A DNA stretch of 64,000 nucleotides. It comes from Octopus vulgaris (Eukaryota). The DNA lies in the NCBI GenBank assembly GCA_951406725.2, contig OX597820.1:29698001-29762000 (forward strand), given 5' to 3'. The notes under the pieces were generated by a model that saw only the letters and a program-made list of their open reading frames with translations, made no database searches and was not told the DNA's origin. Shown here piece after piece: positions 46,973 through 60,332 of this stretch. Each line of letters starts with the position of its first letter. The stretch's first letter is position 1. Position numbers and translations under genes: made by a program.

Positions 46973-47864
46973 TATAATTTTACAAGGGAAGAGTTGCCAG
47001 TGACTTCGAAGTTTCACATGCTCGCCTTCATCACTGTATCTAGGTGTAATAACTATGCACTCTACCGAAAGTACTGAATAATCTTTCGGGCTTCAGTTTA
47101 ATGTTAGTTTTTTATATATATATATATGTAAGATGACAAAAAACGAACCTCGCTAAATGAATAGATAGACAGATAGGTGTACTTTAACTCTTATTAAGTG
47201 GCTTCCGAATAGTGCCAGGTCAGACCGGTTACAAAGTCATTATTTTCACTCGAGCCGACAGCGACGAGTAGATGCTGCTACGTGCGTGGTCACTCGGTCT
47301 CGATCTAGTTGATTAGAGTCGAATTTCCCTCAGAAAATAGGATAAGATACTTCGAATATTTTGAGGACAAAATGACGAGATGGTCACAACAGCTACACTC
47401 TTTTTAATCATAGTTTTGCTAGATCAAGGCTAGCCATAGCTTAAATCACTATTGCTATTAAGTTAGATTTTTTTTAATTGAGATTCACTGACCAGGACGA
47501 AATTGTAAACGTAACTTATTGAAATCAAAGCAAATCTCATTAAGAAAATCCAGGAGGTGAAAAAAAGTCATAGAAATAAAATCACAAGGATAAAAGAATA
47601 TAAACTAGCCACAAAAAAACTTCAGTAAATGACTGATTTAAATTTACTTTTTTTGTTACCATTCATTTCCATTGTTTCGCTTCAAATAATTGAACAAAAA
47701 CCGTGGTATTTTTTTTTCCACTTACGTAAAATAAAGCTGTACAAGGAATATATTGTCAATTAATAAGCGAGTTAAAATATTCGTCTAATTACTGTAACGA
47801 TTATTAACTACTATTAACCATATCTAAAGGCAATATAACATTCTTTTTCTCTCTCTGACTCTTT

Positions 47865-48030
47865 ATTTCCTAGCCAAAATCGTGATTTTCTTTGTGGCTT
47901 TTTTTCTTAGCGAAAATCGCGTTTTTATCCGGGTTTTTTCCTAGCCAAAATCGTTTTTTTTCCTCATTTTTTTTCCTAGCAGAAATTTATTTTCGTTTCT
48001 TTTTATTTTTCCATCCAAAATTGTGTCTTT
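47865..48030. repeat. Degenerate minisatellite, about 5 units of 33-40 bp
   Basis: Recurrent TTTCCTAGCCAAAATCG core. Confidence 0.65.
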
Positions 48031-50176
48031 ATTTCTGTTATCGCACCGATTCGACAAGAGGATTAAAATGAGCGAAACGGCCTTAATGATGTAACTCCGA
48101 GTTTATTATCATTGTGTTGGAGTTTACTTTTTGTAGTAGTGGTGGTGGTGGTAATGGTGGAGTTCAGCCTTTGGTCAGTGGCCATGCTGGAGCAACATCC
48201 CGAAAGGGTTTAGGCGAACAAATCGATCCCAGTACTTAATTTTTTTTTTTAAAGTCAGGTACTTACTTATCGGTTCTCTTTTCCTGAATCGCTAAGTCAC
48301 GGAAACGTAAAGAAACCAACAGCGGTTGTCAAACAGAAGGAGAGAAAAATACAAAGCAAAGACATACATACATAATGCGCACACACACACACACACATAT
48401 ATAATGTACTTCCTCGCAGTTTCTATTTACCCAATCCACTCATAAGGCTTTGGTCAGCCCAGGGCTAGAGCAGAAGATAAAAGGCACTTGCCCAAAGTAC
48501 CACGAAGTGGGACTGAACCTGAAACCACATGGTTGCAAAGTAAGCTACTTCACGATACTGCCATGCCAAAAACAAAAGGAAGGACAAAAAAAAAATTTGT
48601 AAAACAACGATTCGCCAACATGTTTTTTAATGAATGAAGGGGGGAAAAGGAAACGAAACACCCCAAAACTATAAAGAAATATTTATAAATTGTTTATCGT
48701 GTCGTCGTATTTTATATACAAACGTCAAGTGCACACATGGAAACGGTTTCCTCGGTTTAAGGCGTTGTGTAATAATTGCTTGGAACTTAAAGAGCAAATA
48801 TGCTTTTAAAATTATGTCTATGAGCTAAAAAGTTTTGTTGTTGCTGTTGTTGTTGTTGGTGGTGGTGTTGGTGGTGGTTCCTTGGATAATCCTGATGGAC
48901 GAAGATCTTCGTTGAGAGACACTCTAGACGTGACCAAAGCGTCTTTCCACCACACATAGTAGTTTATCTCAGGCTTATCTCTTCATTCTTCTTTCTGGTT
49001 TTTTAACAACAACAACAACAAAAAAAAAACTGTACAAAGGGCATTCGAAAGAAGTTTGGCTATTGTTTCTAGCAGATAGAATAGAATATTCATTCAGTCG
49101 GAAGACAAGTTTCCTCGCCGGCACGTGTTTCACTATCGTTTAGAGAGAACTGGTAGCGAAGATTTCTCTCTTCATTCATTGTTCGCCTCATTCTTCTTTC
49201 ACAAAAACAAACACAAAAAAGAAAATGTGTATTATAGTTTTGCATTTAATTATCAATCATCATTCAATTAAATCATAAGATTTATGACTAATGGATCGAA
49301 GAATATAAGACAAGATGTATGCGTTAGTAAGTATGCCCATTGTGAATGAACAGAAACCACCTGCATCATCATCATCATCACCACTATCATCATCATCGTC
49401 AGCAGAGTCTTTATAATCAGCGCCAGCATCAGCAGCCAAGCTGAACATTATTATTATTATTATTGTTATTATTATTATTATTAATATCATTTGAACTCGC
49501 TACGTTCTGAGTTCAAATTCCGTCGAGGTCGACTTTGCTTTCGTCCTTTCGGGATCGATACATTAAGTACCAATGAAATACTGGGGTCGATGTAATCGAC
49601 TCATATACCTATTTCTTTACTACCCACAAGGAGCTAAACATAGAAGGGACAAACAAGGACAGACATAGGTATTAAGTCGATTACATCGACCCCAGTGCCT
49701 AACTGGTACTTAATTTATCGACCCCGAAAGGATGAAAGGTAAAGTCGACCTCTGCGGAATTTGAACTCACAACGTAACGGCAGACGAAATACCGCTAAGC
49801 ATTTCGCCCGACGTGCTAACGTTTCTACCAGCTCTCCGCCTCATATACCCTCCCTCCAAAATGGCTGCCCATGTGGCAAAATTTGACAAAAAAGTACGTA
49901 TGTATACAACACATGCATACTTACACATACATACACATTTACATGTGCATGCATAAATCTGTGCGTGTATATATATGTGCATATGCTCTTTACTCTTTTA
50001 CTGGTTTCAGTCATTGACTGCGGCCATGCCGGAGCACCGCCTTTATATCTGTATATCTGTATGAACAATACAAGTACCAGTTAGAGACTGGGAATCGATG
50101 CAATCGACGAACCTCTTCGACCCAAAACTCCAGGTCTTGTGCTTACTTTTGGGAGGATATATATGCATGCATAATA

Positions 50177-50424
50177 GGTACTACTTAAGAAGAGTGGTCC
50201 CGGTGCGCGCACTCGCGTACACGCGCACGCGCTAGCTAGTCGTGACTGGTCGATCCTACAACGACTACCTAGCAAAAGTAAATAAAACACAAAATAGATA
50301 ATTTTTTAAGCAAAGTTAATAAAATACAAAAACACAAAGTAAGGGTCGACTAGTTACGACTAGCTAGCGCGGATGCGCGAGTACGTGAGTGCACGCACCG
50401 GGACCACTCTTTTTAAAAAGTACC
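50177..50424. mobile_element. Merlin-type MITE
   Basis: TIRs of about 80 bp starting GGTAC. 9-bp TSD TGCATAATA at 50168-50176 and 50425-50433. Confidence 0.75.
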
Positions 50425-50446
50425 TGCATAATATACATATGCACAC

Positions 50447-50489
<43 letters not shown>

Positions 50490-51039
50490 GTTTGTATGTA
50501 TGTATGTGTGTGTGTTTGTTTGTTTATGTCTAGCATCCTTATGTAGTGTACCTCAAATAGTAAAAAGACTTTCAACTGGAACATCGCGTAAGCACATGGT
50601 ATAGTAGTTGTCAAGCTAAACATTTGCTCACCACACACACACACACACACACACCACAGTCTGTGGTATCAGCAACGATGTTCACATTTCCTTCTTCTTT
50701 CTCTCCAAGGCTCATAGGCGTTAGCTGCGTACTCTCCTTCTCGTTCCCTTCCTAACTTTCTCTTGCTCTGACTCTCTTCGCCTCTGTGCATGTGTGTCCG
50801 TGTGACTGTGAGGGTGCGCAGGCGCGTGTACAAATTTATGGATACATGTGTGTGCATCTAAATGTAGGCTGTGTGTTTGTGTAAAGAGATATGTGTATAT
50901 TTGTAAATATATACATGTATATATGCATATAAATATATATAATATACTTGTGTGTGTGTGTATATATATGCACAATATGTATATGTGGTCTATTGACTTT
51001 TTATACATGCTAGTGAAATTTCTAAAAATATTCGCTACC

Positions 51040-51078
<39 letters not shown>

Positions 51079-51677
51079 TATATATATATAATCCGTTCTG
51101 TCTGTCTGTGTGTGTGTGCATCTTCTAGGATCTCGGGCATCCTCCATCCAATTGCGCTCAAATTTGATGTGTAGATACCTATTTCTTTACTACCCACAAG
51201 GGGCTAAACACAGAGAGGATAAACAAGGACAGACAAACGGATTAAGTCAATTATATCGACCCCAGTGTGTAACTGGTACTTCTTTAATCGACCCCGAAAG
51301 GATTAAAGGCAAAGTCGACCTTGGCGGAATTTGAACCCAGAACGTAACGGCAGACGAAATACCACTAAGCATTTCGCCCGGCGTGCTAACGATTCTGCCA
51401 GCTCGCCGCCTTGATGTGTAGATACCGACGGTATCAGGGTGTGTATAAGTCTTGAAAAAATTACAAAAGTCGGTTCCAGGTGAGAATGCGATTTTATTCA
51501 AATGTTTGACAACTCAGCACCGTCCATTGGACGGGAGGGGCGCGTTGTGCTCGAATGTATATATATATATATATATATATAGGGAGAATTTACGAAAAAA
51601 AAGCCAACAAAAGACGAAGACAGGTGGTGTACAAAACAAACAGATGTATTAGTATAACGCTCAGGAATAGAAAAAGT

Positions 51678-51713
51678 CTTTTACGTTTCGAGCCTACGCT
51701 TTTCTACAGAAAG
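51678..51713 (-). ncRNA. Hammerhead-like motif (CTGTAGA core) in a (TA)n-flanked element at 51581-51780
   Basis: CTTT-CTGTAGA-A-AAGC(GTAG)GCTC-GAAA-CG-TA-AAAG. Confidence 0.6.
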
Positions 51714-51776
51714 GGACACAGAAAACAAGGAGAGAAAAAAATGTGTGTAGTGGATAACGATCTATCATGGCCTCTG

Positions 51777-51822
<46 letters not shown>

Positions 51823-52349
51823 AATTGGACATGGGCGATCGTTATATTCTTTCTTGTCTTGAGGTTCACAGCCAAACGGCTGGGTGGATTCGCGTGAAAA
51901 ATGGCACACATGTGGAGACGGGTGCATAGGCTGGAATGCGGTTTGTATTTTTTCCCTAGCACCCATACTTACCGAGAAAATCGATTAAAACATTTTCTAA
52001 TGGAATTCCCCTCTTTCTTCCGCCATTAAAACAACCAGTTGCTTAGAAGCTGTTTTCCGACGGGATTGGGTCAGGAAATTTTCATACAGCTGGAGGCTCA
52101 ATCGAAACAGGGGACCCGAAATGATAAGGTTGAGAAACACTGTTATAGATTATGTCAAACCGAAAACGATCACAGCCACATCATCCAAACAGACCAGGTG
52201 ACACCGGGCTTAGCTGCTAGTATATATATATATTCAGATGAATGTGGTACTTAAGTTGAGGCCCAAGAATTTAGTATGGTATTATTCATACAATTTCAAA
52301 ATAAGGTGATTAAAATCAAAATAAGCAACAAGGATATCCAGAGGTAATT

Positions 52350-52437
52350 CAGTACGATCGTTTCATGCGACTCCATTTAATTGAACAATGCAATCATTTC
52401 ATTACATCAATTTAGAATGTAGACCAATCTTCAGCTG
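52350..52437 (-). ncRNA. Hammerhead motif with long stem II region; element 3' end at (TA)n near 52230
   Basis: CAG-CTGAAGA-...-GAAA-CGATCG-TA-CTG. The downstream AATTACC...GATAT.CTTGTTGCTTATTTT is shared with the element carrying 60115-60198. Confidence 0.68.
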
Positions 52438-53340
52438 CACAAAGACATAGAATTTGATTAAATTAGAAGAACCCATTAGTATAATTTTACCCAAAATCTC
52501 CAAGAAGATAAGGAGATAGACAAAGAAGATGTTTTACCAACAACATCACAATTGTAGCTGAAATTTTTTCAAAGAAGACACTGCTTCTCACTGATTTTTC
52601 TGTTATTTAGTTTCAATTACGGAGGGCGGGGCTCAGTTTTTATTTTATAGACTAGTTTATCAAATCTGAGAGAAGACAGAGGGTGGTATCTGTTTGGGGT
52701 CGAGTTGACATTCTAAATGGCATAGTTATAAATCAAGATTTATTTGAAGCAATGCTATGAGGTTTAGCAAGAGAATACTTCAAACAAGATGTTGGCTGCT
52801 ATTAAGCAGACCAATGCTAATGGTACAGGGGAAGTCTTATCATGTAGTATTACAGTAAACTACTATAAAACAATGCTGCTATATATATATACAGATAAAG
52901 TTTAGGGTTATCCTAAAGATTATTAAGAAGAATATTTATGAATATCGGAGATGTACTTGCATAGCAAGTGATTTGATCTGAGATCATGTGCTGAAACGAA
53001 AACAATTGCAGCATGGAAGGTGCACGGATTTATGTCAGTGAACAGGTTGCGGTCTTAAAGCGACGGAAATATTTTGACAAATTAAACTTACATGTTGAAG
53101 CGAATCGAATGGCTTTTGTGTGTTTTTCAAATGGCTTACAAACACCTTCCCCGCTGCAATTATTTATGAATACTTTTAGTATATATCAAATTTTACACAA
53201 TAGAGGGAGGAAAAGGAAATATAGAAATAGTTCAGTATTTATACACTTAAATACTAACTTAACATATATCTTTGAATATTGATTAAATGGTATTTACTGG
53301 TATTAATAAAGGAAAATTGAGGTAAGAGAACATGCTAATT

Positions 53341-53615
53341 ATCATCATCATCATCATCGTTTAACGTCCGCTTTCCATGCTGGCATGGGTTGGATGGTTT
53401 GACTGAGGACTGGTGAACCAGATGGCTGCACCAGGCCCCAATCTGATCAGGCAGAGTTTCTACAGCTGGATGCCCTTCCTAAAGCCAACCCCTCCAGGAG
53501 TGTAGTGGGTGCTTTTACATGCTACCAGCACGAGGGCCAGTCAGGTAGTACTGGTAACGGCCATGCTCAAATGGTGTTTTTTACATGCCACCTGAACAGG
53601 AGCCAGTCCGGCAGA
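53341..53615 (-). mobile_element. SINE/RTE-tail family C ending in (GAT)n; copies at 30118-30260(-), 30305-30410(+), 33740-33935(-)
   Basis: Shared CATCATCGTTTAACGTCCG...CATGCTRGCATGGGTTGGAYGG...CTACAGCTGGATGCCCTTCC. Confidence 0.7.
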
Positions 53616-55689
53616 TATAAAAAAAACTTTTTTTGTAATTAACACAGTGTATATAATTAAAAAGGGAAATTAAAAAATATGCTCTGAAATGAAATGCCAT
53701 GTGAAAATAATTGATCCATTAAGGGGTTAAATATATAAGTTAAAGTTTTAATGAAAGTAATTAAGGGTGACCACAGTAGATATAACTCACTAATTAAATA
53801 TTAAAAATTTTTAGTCTAAGCTTTTATTTTAAGTAGTGAATATATCAGCATAGCTTTATATAAGCTGATTATGAAATTTATAGAGATACAAGACTTAGAA
53901 TAATTTTATAAATAAATAAATAAGAGCTAGTTTTAAAAATAAAATAAAATAAAGTAACCATTGGTAGAAGATAATAGAAAAGGGATAAAATGGTTTACTT
54001 ACTGAAACTATGATATGGTATATTTAGCTTGTTAACACCAATAGGGAAGATTTTTAGAAAAAAAGGTTTAATAATTCAAAATATTAGACTAAAAATTATA
54101 TTTACATTTTAAGATAATATCTATAAAGGACTGATGTTTAATATCGGCTAAAGAAATAATTAAGTTATGGAACAATTTTATTTTCAACTAATCTTTTTAT
54201 AAAATTAAAGATTATATTATAGGCTTAAGAAGTTGTTATTATTACACCCTGCATGATATTCATATTTTCTACTTGGTACCTTAGAGAGGTTATTTATATA
54301 AAGATCTTTATACATACTAAGACCAGGAGGGTGGAGCTATTTGAGAAAAAGAAAAATCAAGTAATTTTTTTTTACAAAGATCATTTCAAACAATGTTATC
54401 ATGCTGTATATGCTTAAAAAGTATTATTTAGGGTAGTCCAGAAGATTATTAAGAATGAGAATTTTAACAAACAGGCTACCACTTTTGAGTATATACCAAA
54501 ATCCTTTAACTACAATAGAGGGAGGTAAAAGAAAATTGCAAAGAAATAGATTAATATCTATATACTTATTACTATCTAAAAAAAATTCACTGTGGAGATT
54601 ATCAAATGGATTTAACTATTTAACATTCAATAAGGGTAACTGAGGTTAAAGAACATGTCATCTATATACTGATTTAATTAAAGTTGAATTAATTTAAAAT
54701 TTTGTGGCGATACAAGTAATATTACAGTTTCTAAGGAGTTCTTAATTGGAGGGGCTATTTAAAACCAATACACTGTTCACTTTCCAGACATTTGTACATT
54801 ACTGCATATGCTTTATACACACTTTTGACAAGTTGTGGTGCACCTGAGCACTGTATACAATAATTTCATTATTATTATTATTATTATTATTATAAATATC
54901 AAAATTAGGGGGATGGAACATTTTAAGAAAAGGGATAAAAAATTTAATTACTGAAACTATTTTGAATAAATGTCATTTTTTTTGGTATAAGGTTAAGGCT
55001 TGTATAATATAAGGCTATCATGGAGATTTACCATTTAGGTGAGAGAACAAATATATTACAAATTAGTTAAATCTTAATTTAGGTAGTTAAAATTTTGGCA
55101 TTTAAATTTTAAATGTGTGTGTGTGTTTACGTCCCCCGTTACTTAGCAGTTCAGCAAAAGAGACCGAGACGATAAGTACTAAGGCTTACAAAGAATAAGT
55201 GTTGGGGTCGATTTGTTCGACTAAAGGCGGTGCTCTATCATGGCCGCAGTCAAGTGACTAAAACAAGTAAAAGAATAAAAGAATATGTATGTATACATGA
55301 TATATATATATAATATGTGTGTGTGTCCCAGAGATGCGATCAGTTCGGATGAATCGGGAATGGTCTTGAGATATATAATAAATATGGTTTATTTTTTCTG
55401 ACCTCAATTAAAAACTAACTACAAGAAGATATTTTAAGCTTGGTATGTCACACCGATAGACATGCTTAGACATATCAGTGAGTATTTAAATATCAAATAT
55501 TGGGTTGGATTTTTTTTTGTCTTTGTTTTTATAGAAACTAAGAATGATTTTAAATAAACAAGGTGTTGTGAAGAAAATGTCGTTTGAACTCAAATGGACA
55601 GAAACAAAAGATTGCTCAAGATTCCATCAAGTTACAAGCTCTGTTAATTTTCAAGAATAATTAGACCAGGGCAGTTTGATATAATGCTA

Positions 55690-56080
55690 GCAGGAAAGGA
55701 AAGAGAGAGAGGGAGAGAGAGAGGGGGGGAACTGGGGGGGGGTAGAGAGAGAGGAGAGATAGACTGGGGAAAAGAGGGAGGGAGAGAGAGGGAGAGTGAC
55801 AGACAGACTGGGAAGGGTAGGAGAGAGAGACGGACAGGTAGTCAGAGAGGGGTGGAAAACGGGAGAGCGAGACAGAGAGGCAAGAGATGGAGAGAGGGGA
55901 GTGAAAGAGAGAGAGAGAGAGAGAGACAGGAAGAGAGACAAACAGAGAGAGAGAGAGAGTGGTGGTGGTGCTGCTACTACTACTACTACTGTTACTGCTG
56001 CTGCGACTATTACTAATATTAATAGTAAAACTGCAATTGCTACTTCAACTATTACCACCACCACCACTACTACTACTGCT
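55690..56080. repeat. GA-rich low-complexity tract followed by (CTA/CTG/CCA)n
   Basis: Direct inspection. Confidence 0.85.
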
Positions 56081-56946
56081 GCTAAATTACATTTTGAACT
56101 AGATTTTGCCATGAGTAAAGAGATTACGCAAGCCCTCAAACATATTTTTAACAGCGATCTTCTATTTATGATTCTAATATATTCGATATCTTCTGGGTTT
56201 TTGTTTTTGTTTTTGTTTTTACACCTTTCAGTCAGTAAACTGCGAGCATTGGGGTGGGGGGCACCGCCCTTGAAGGGTTTTGGTCGAACGAATTGACCTC
56301 AGTACTTTTTTTTAAAAGCCATTTTAAAGTCTGATATATTATATCGAACTCTTTTGCCGAACCGTTTAAGATACGGGAGCGTAAAAACCCCAGGATCGGT
56401 TGTCATCGGTGGTGGAGGCCACAAACACAAACGCACACACACACATATATATATTCTTTTATTCTTTTAATATTTTTAGTTGTTTCAGTCATTTGACTGC
56501 GGCCATGCTGGAGCACCGACTTTATTCGAACAAATCGGTCCCAGGACTTATTCTTTGTAAGCCTAGTACTTATTCTATCGATTTCTTTTGTCGAGCATCT
56601 AAGTTACGGGGACGTAAACACACCGACATCGGTGGGTAAGCGGTGGGGAGGAAAACACAGACACACATACACACACACATATATGTGTGTGTATATATAT
56701 CTCTTTTTACTCTTTTACTCTTTTACTTGTTTCAGTCATTTGACTGCGGCCATGCTGGAGCACCGTATATATATACACACGACGGGTTTCTTTCAGTTTC
56801 CGTCAACCAAATCCACTCACAAGGCTTTGGTCGGCCCGAGGCTACAGTATAAGACTCTTGCCCAATGTGCCGCGCAGTGGGATTGAACCCAGAACCACGT
56901 GATTGGGAAGCAAGCTTCTTACTACACACCTAATCACACAGATATG

Positions 56947-57011
<65 letters not shown>

Positions 57012-57023
57012 TCTCTTTCTCTT

Positions 57024-57064
<41 letters not shown>

Positions 57065-58219
57065 TATATACGAACGACGGGCTTCTTTCAGTTTTCGCCA
57101 ATCAGATCCACTCACAAGGCTTTGATCAGCTCGGAGCTATAGTAGAAGACACTTACTCAAGGTGCCACGTAGTAGGATTGAACCTGGAACCATTTGTTTG
57201 GGAAGCAAGCTCATCACACAACCACAACGATTGTCAAACGTACCTCCCTTGCCACTACATTGCTTGTAATGTCCAGCTCTACAAATATTTCTTTTTCGAG
57301 TAGCTCTGCCTTGCGATATTGAGCGCTATCGTGACATTAACATCGATGCACCAGTAAAAGGATAGTAGTATTGTTTATGTTTGCAAAAGTTAATATAATA
57401 TTTAGCACTTTGTAATGAAGTAGAACGTCGTAAAATAGCAATTCATTAAAAATTTATTCACGGCGAGATGCTATGACAATGCATATATTACGCTCAGTTT
57501 TGTAATCTCTTCGCTTGTGTGCGCGCGAGCGTGCTCTGTGCTTTTACTAAGAACATAGCACACTATAATTATAACACTTCTTTTCCTCCACTGATGACTG
57601 CGTATGTCACATGTGAAACTTTTGTGATTTCGAAGATTAGAAGCTTCATTCAGATAGTTATTTTGATTAATTACTGGTGCGTTCACAGTGTTTTCTTTCA
57701 ATACAGTCCTATATTAGACAACGTTTTTTTTAGCCGACGTGGAATGTAACAGACAAGCGTAAACACATACTACAATATCTTCGAAGAGAGAAAATGTGGA
57801 ATCTGACGGATAAGTTTCAATCAGGTATTGGGAGTTTTATCAATGATTAAGCACTATCTTTTACTGTCTACGGAAAAGCTTCATATAAATTGAATTCACC
57901 GATTTGCATATGTAACGCATTCGTGGTAGCTGGTTGAATTAAGAGTGGTTTTGTTTTGAAGATATATGTTACACACTATAGGTTATATCAATAGCTTTTA
58001 ACCAACACTGTATGTAATTCACAAACGATATTACATGCCCTGTCTTTATATACAATCCTTCGTAACATTTGTGTGCATGTGTGTGTCTGTGTGTGTGAGA
58101 GAGAGAGAGAGGGAGACATACACGCATAGAAAGAGAGTTGGGATGTATGTGTGTGCGTGTAACATACGCAAATACCAGCTTACTGTCTGGTGCGAATAAG
58201 ATCACCAAAAATATTAATA

Positions 58220-58580
58220 TGAAAGGGATACAAAGGAGAAGCTATACCGTGTCGTCCGTCGCGTGGGTAAACAAGGGACGCGTTCGGCTCTTAGGTAGAG
58301 GTGTCAATTCGAAAACTATATTGCAGTCTCCACTGAATGTCAGTATCATTATCAATAAGCCTGCAACTAGTGGGAGGCGTGGAGTGGAAGGCACCAAAGA
58401 TGTGCGTACTGGGGAAACCGAAGGGGGTTCCAGAAGGACAACCGTTAAGAATTGGAAACTGGAATCTCTCGACTAGACCATTACGGATAAAGAGCAAGAT
58501 ATAGTAGAGGAGGCCAAACGTTACCGACTAGATATATTCAGTGACCCCTCTACAAGGTCTCCATGGCTCTGATACTGTAT
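58220..58580 (+). mobile_element. RTE/Rex3-like LINE 5' fragment (APE endonuclease N-terminus)
   Basis: QPLRIGNWNL, then frameshifted ITDKEQDIVEEAKRYRLDI. Confidence 0.6.
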
Positions 58581-58937
58581 ACTCCAGTGGGTTTTTTTTA
58601 TTATAAAAATTAGCTTGTGTAGTTTTTTTTTTCGCTCGAGTTGCGGAGACACTCCCTTATGAAGTTCATGGAAAAAAATAGGGTGAGCCAATGACTGGCT
58701 TGTTGGAAACTTGTAATGTTTGATACTATTTATTAATCAATCGGCGAACTGATTCGGACGGTGCCATTACTCACCAGATCCGATATGAAACTGTTAATGA
58801 GTCGACACTGATAATTACCATGACTTCATAACCATCCCATGTCTTAGTCAGGCATTTCGTGTTATATCAAGGACTACGTTATTCAATCCAATATGTCCTC
58901 TGTATCCTTGTGTTGTGTTTCTATGTATGCAGACATG

Positions 58938-59001
<64 letters not shown>

Positions 59002-59102
59002 GCATACACACACGCGCGCGCACATACTGTATATGTATATAGATTACAAGATATTTTTGCAAGTAGATACTCCCTCACATAGTTGCATATACATACGCAC
59101 AT

Positions 59103-59133
<31 letters not shown>

Positions 59134-59238
59134 CATATATATATATATCTTATACATATGCTTTGTGTATGTGTGTGCGAGCGTACTTATAAAATATCCT
59201 GTAACTATACATATACAGTGTGTGTGTGTACGTGTATG

Positions 59239-59285
<47 letters not shown>

Positions 59286-59599
59286 TTGTGCATAGATAGA
59301 GAGAAATGTAGTTGACACACACACACACACATTCTAAAACATTTGATTATTTGACACACAACGCAGCGCATGTCGCAGAACACGAATATCCGGCGACCTT
59401 TTTACTAAACCAGTCGAGTCTTGTAACATGATAGGAGACAATCGCCCATCGCCTACTCGACCAGTTGCGCCGAAATTTGCAACAGACGATTAGAAGGTAA
59501 GAAGATAATAATGATAAAAATAAACCCAATCCACATTAACGATATTTATTACAGTAAAGGAAATTGAAAACGTTGGTGTTGGGTATTAGCGACGGCGGT

Positions 59600-59830
59600 C
59601 TGTCATCTAATCTGATGTTGACAAGAACGGCTTGTACAGCCCCTTCTGGATGGTTTTTCAATGTGTAGACTAAGGGCAGAGTCTTAAAGGCTTAGGCAGG
59701 GCATCGTGTTTGTGTGTGCATGTGGAGGATTTTCTCCGTAGGCTCGGAAATGCCAATGGTTGAACCTGGCCGAGGTGCGTCCAGAGACAGACTCGTCCTG
59801 CATACCGTCGTTCAGTGTCCGTGCTCTAGT
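59600..59830 (+). mobile_element. Possible Tx1/L1 ORF2 C-terminal remnant
   Basis: WPRCVQ and (V)LHTVVQCP resemble a zinc-knuckle remnant. Heavily decayed. Confidence 0.3.
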
Positions 59831-59938
59831 GATTTGTGATCATATCGCAGTCTTGGGCAAACTGCAACCCGCAGGACTTCCTAAATTGCACACCAATGAA
59901 AAATTCCTTAAATGTTTTTAAGTAGTGCGATTCGCCTG

Positions 59939-60332
59939 ATACATATACTTATTTTCATGTTAATTGATAACATTATAAAGAGGGTAGATATATAGACAGA
60001 GATGTTGATTTGAATCATTCAAATCAACATCTCTGTCTAAATATCTACCCTCTTTATAATGTTATCAATTAGCATGAAAATATGTATATGTATTGATGGA
60101 AAAACCCCTATAAATGGCTGATGATTGCTCAACATTTTAAAACTGTTGTAATATCTACAATGTTTAATAAAATGATGTAGCGTGAAACGATCGTACCAAA
60201 TTACCGAAGATATTCTTGTTGCTTATTTTTTTTATTATAATCACCCCATGGATTTATATGGATAACACCGTACAAAATTCTGGTGCATCTGATTTAAGTA
60301 CCATATTCATTTGAATCTAAATTTTGCCGAAC
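59939..60332 (+). mobile_element. Fold-back HHR element ending in (TA)n
   Basis: Near-perfect hairpin of about 77 bp per arm (59939-60015 and 60017-60093), followed by an HHR and a T-rich 3' end. Confidence 0.75.
60115..60198 (+). ncRNA. Hammerhead motif with long stem II
   Basis: TGG-CTGATGA-TTGCT...AGCGT-GAAA-CGATCG-TA-CCA, with internal ACATTTTA/TAAAATG and TTGTA/TACAA pairings. Confidence 0.75.

Noticed and set aside
47865-48030. Repeat-spacer-like array (TTTCCTAGCCAAAATCG) resembling a CRISPR
   Set aside because: The repeats are degenerate, the spacers are short, T-rich and similar to each other, the context is eukaryotic and there are no cas genes. It is a minisatellite.
53620-55100. 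Possible nuclear mitochondrial insertion
   Set aside because: The region is AT-rich and strand-biased, but no mitochondrial protein or rRNA motif was recognisable.
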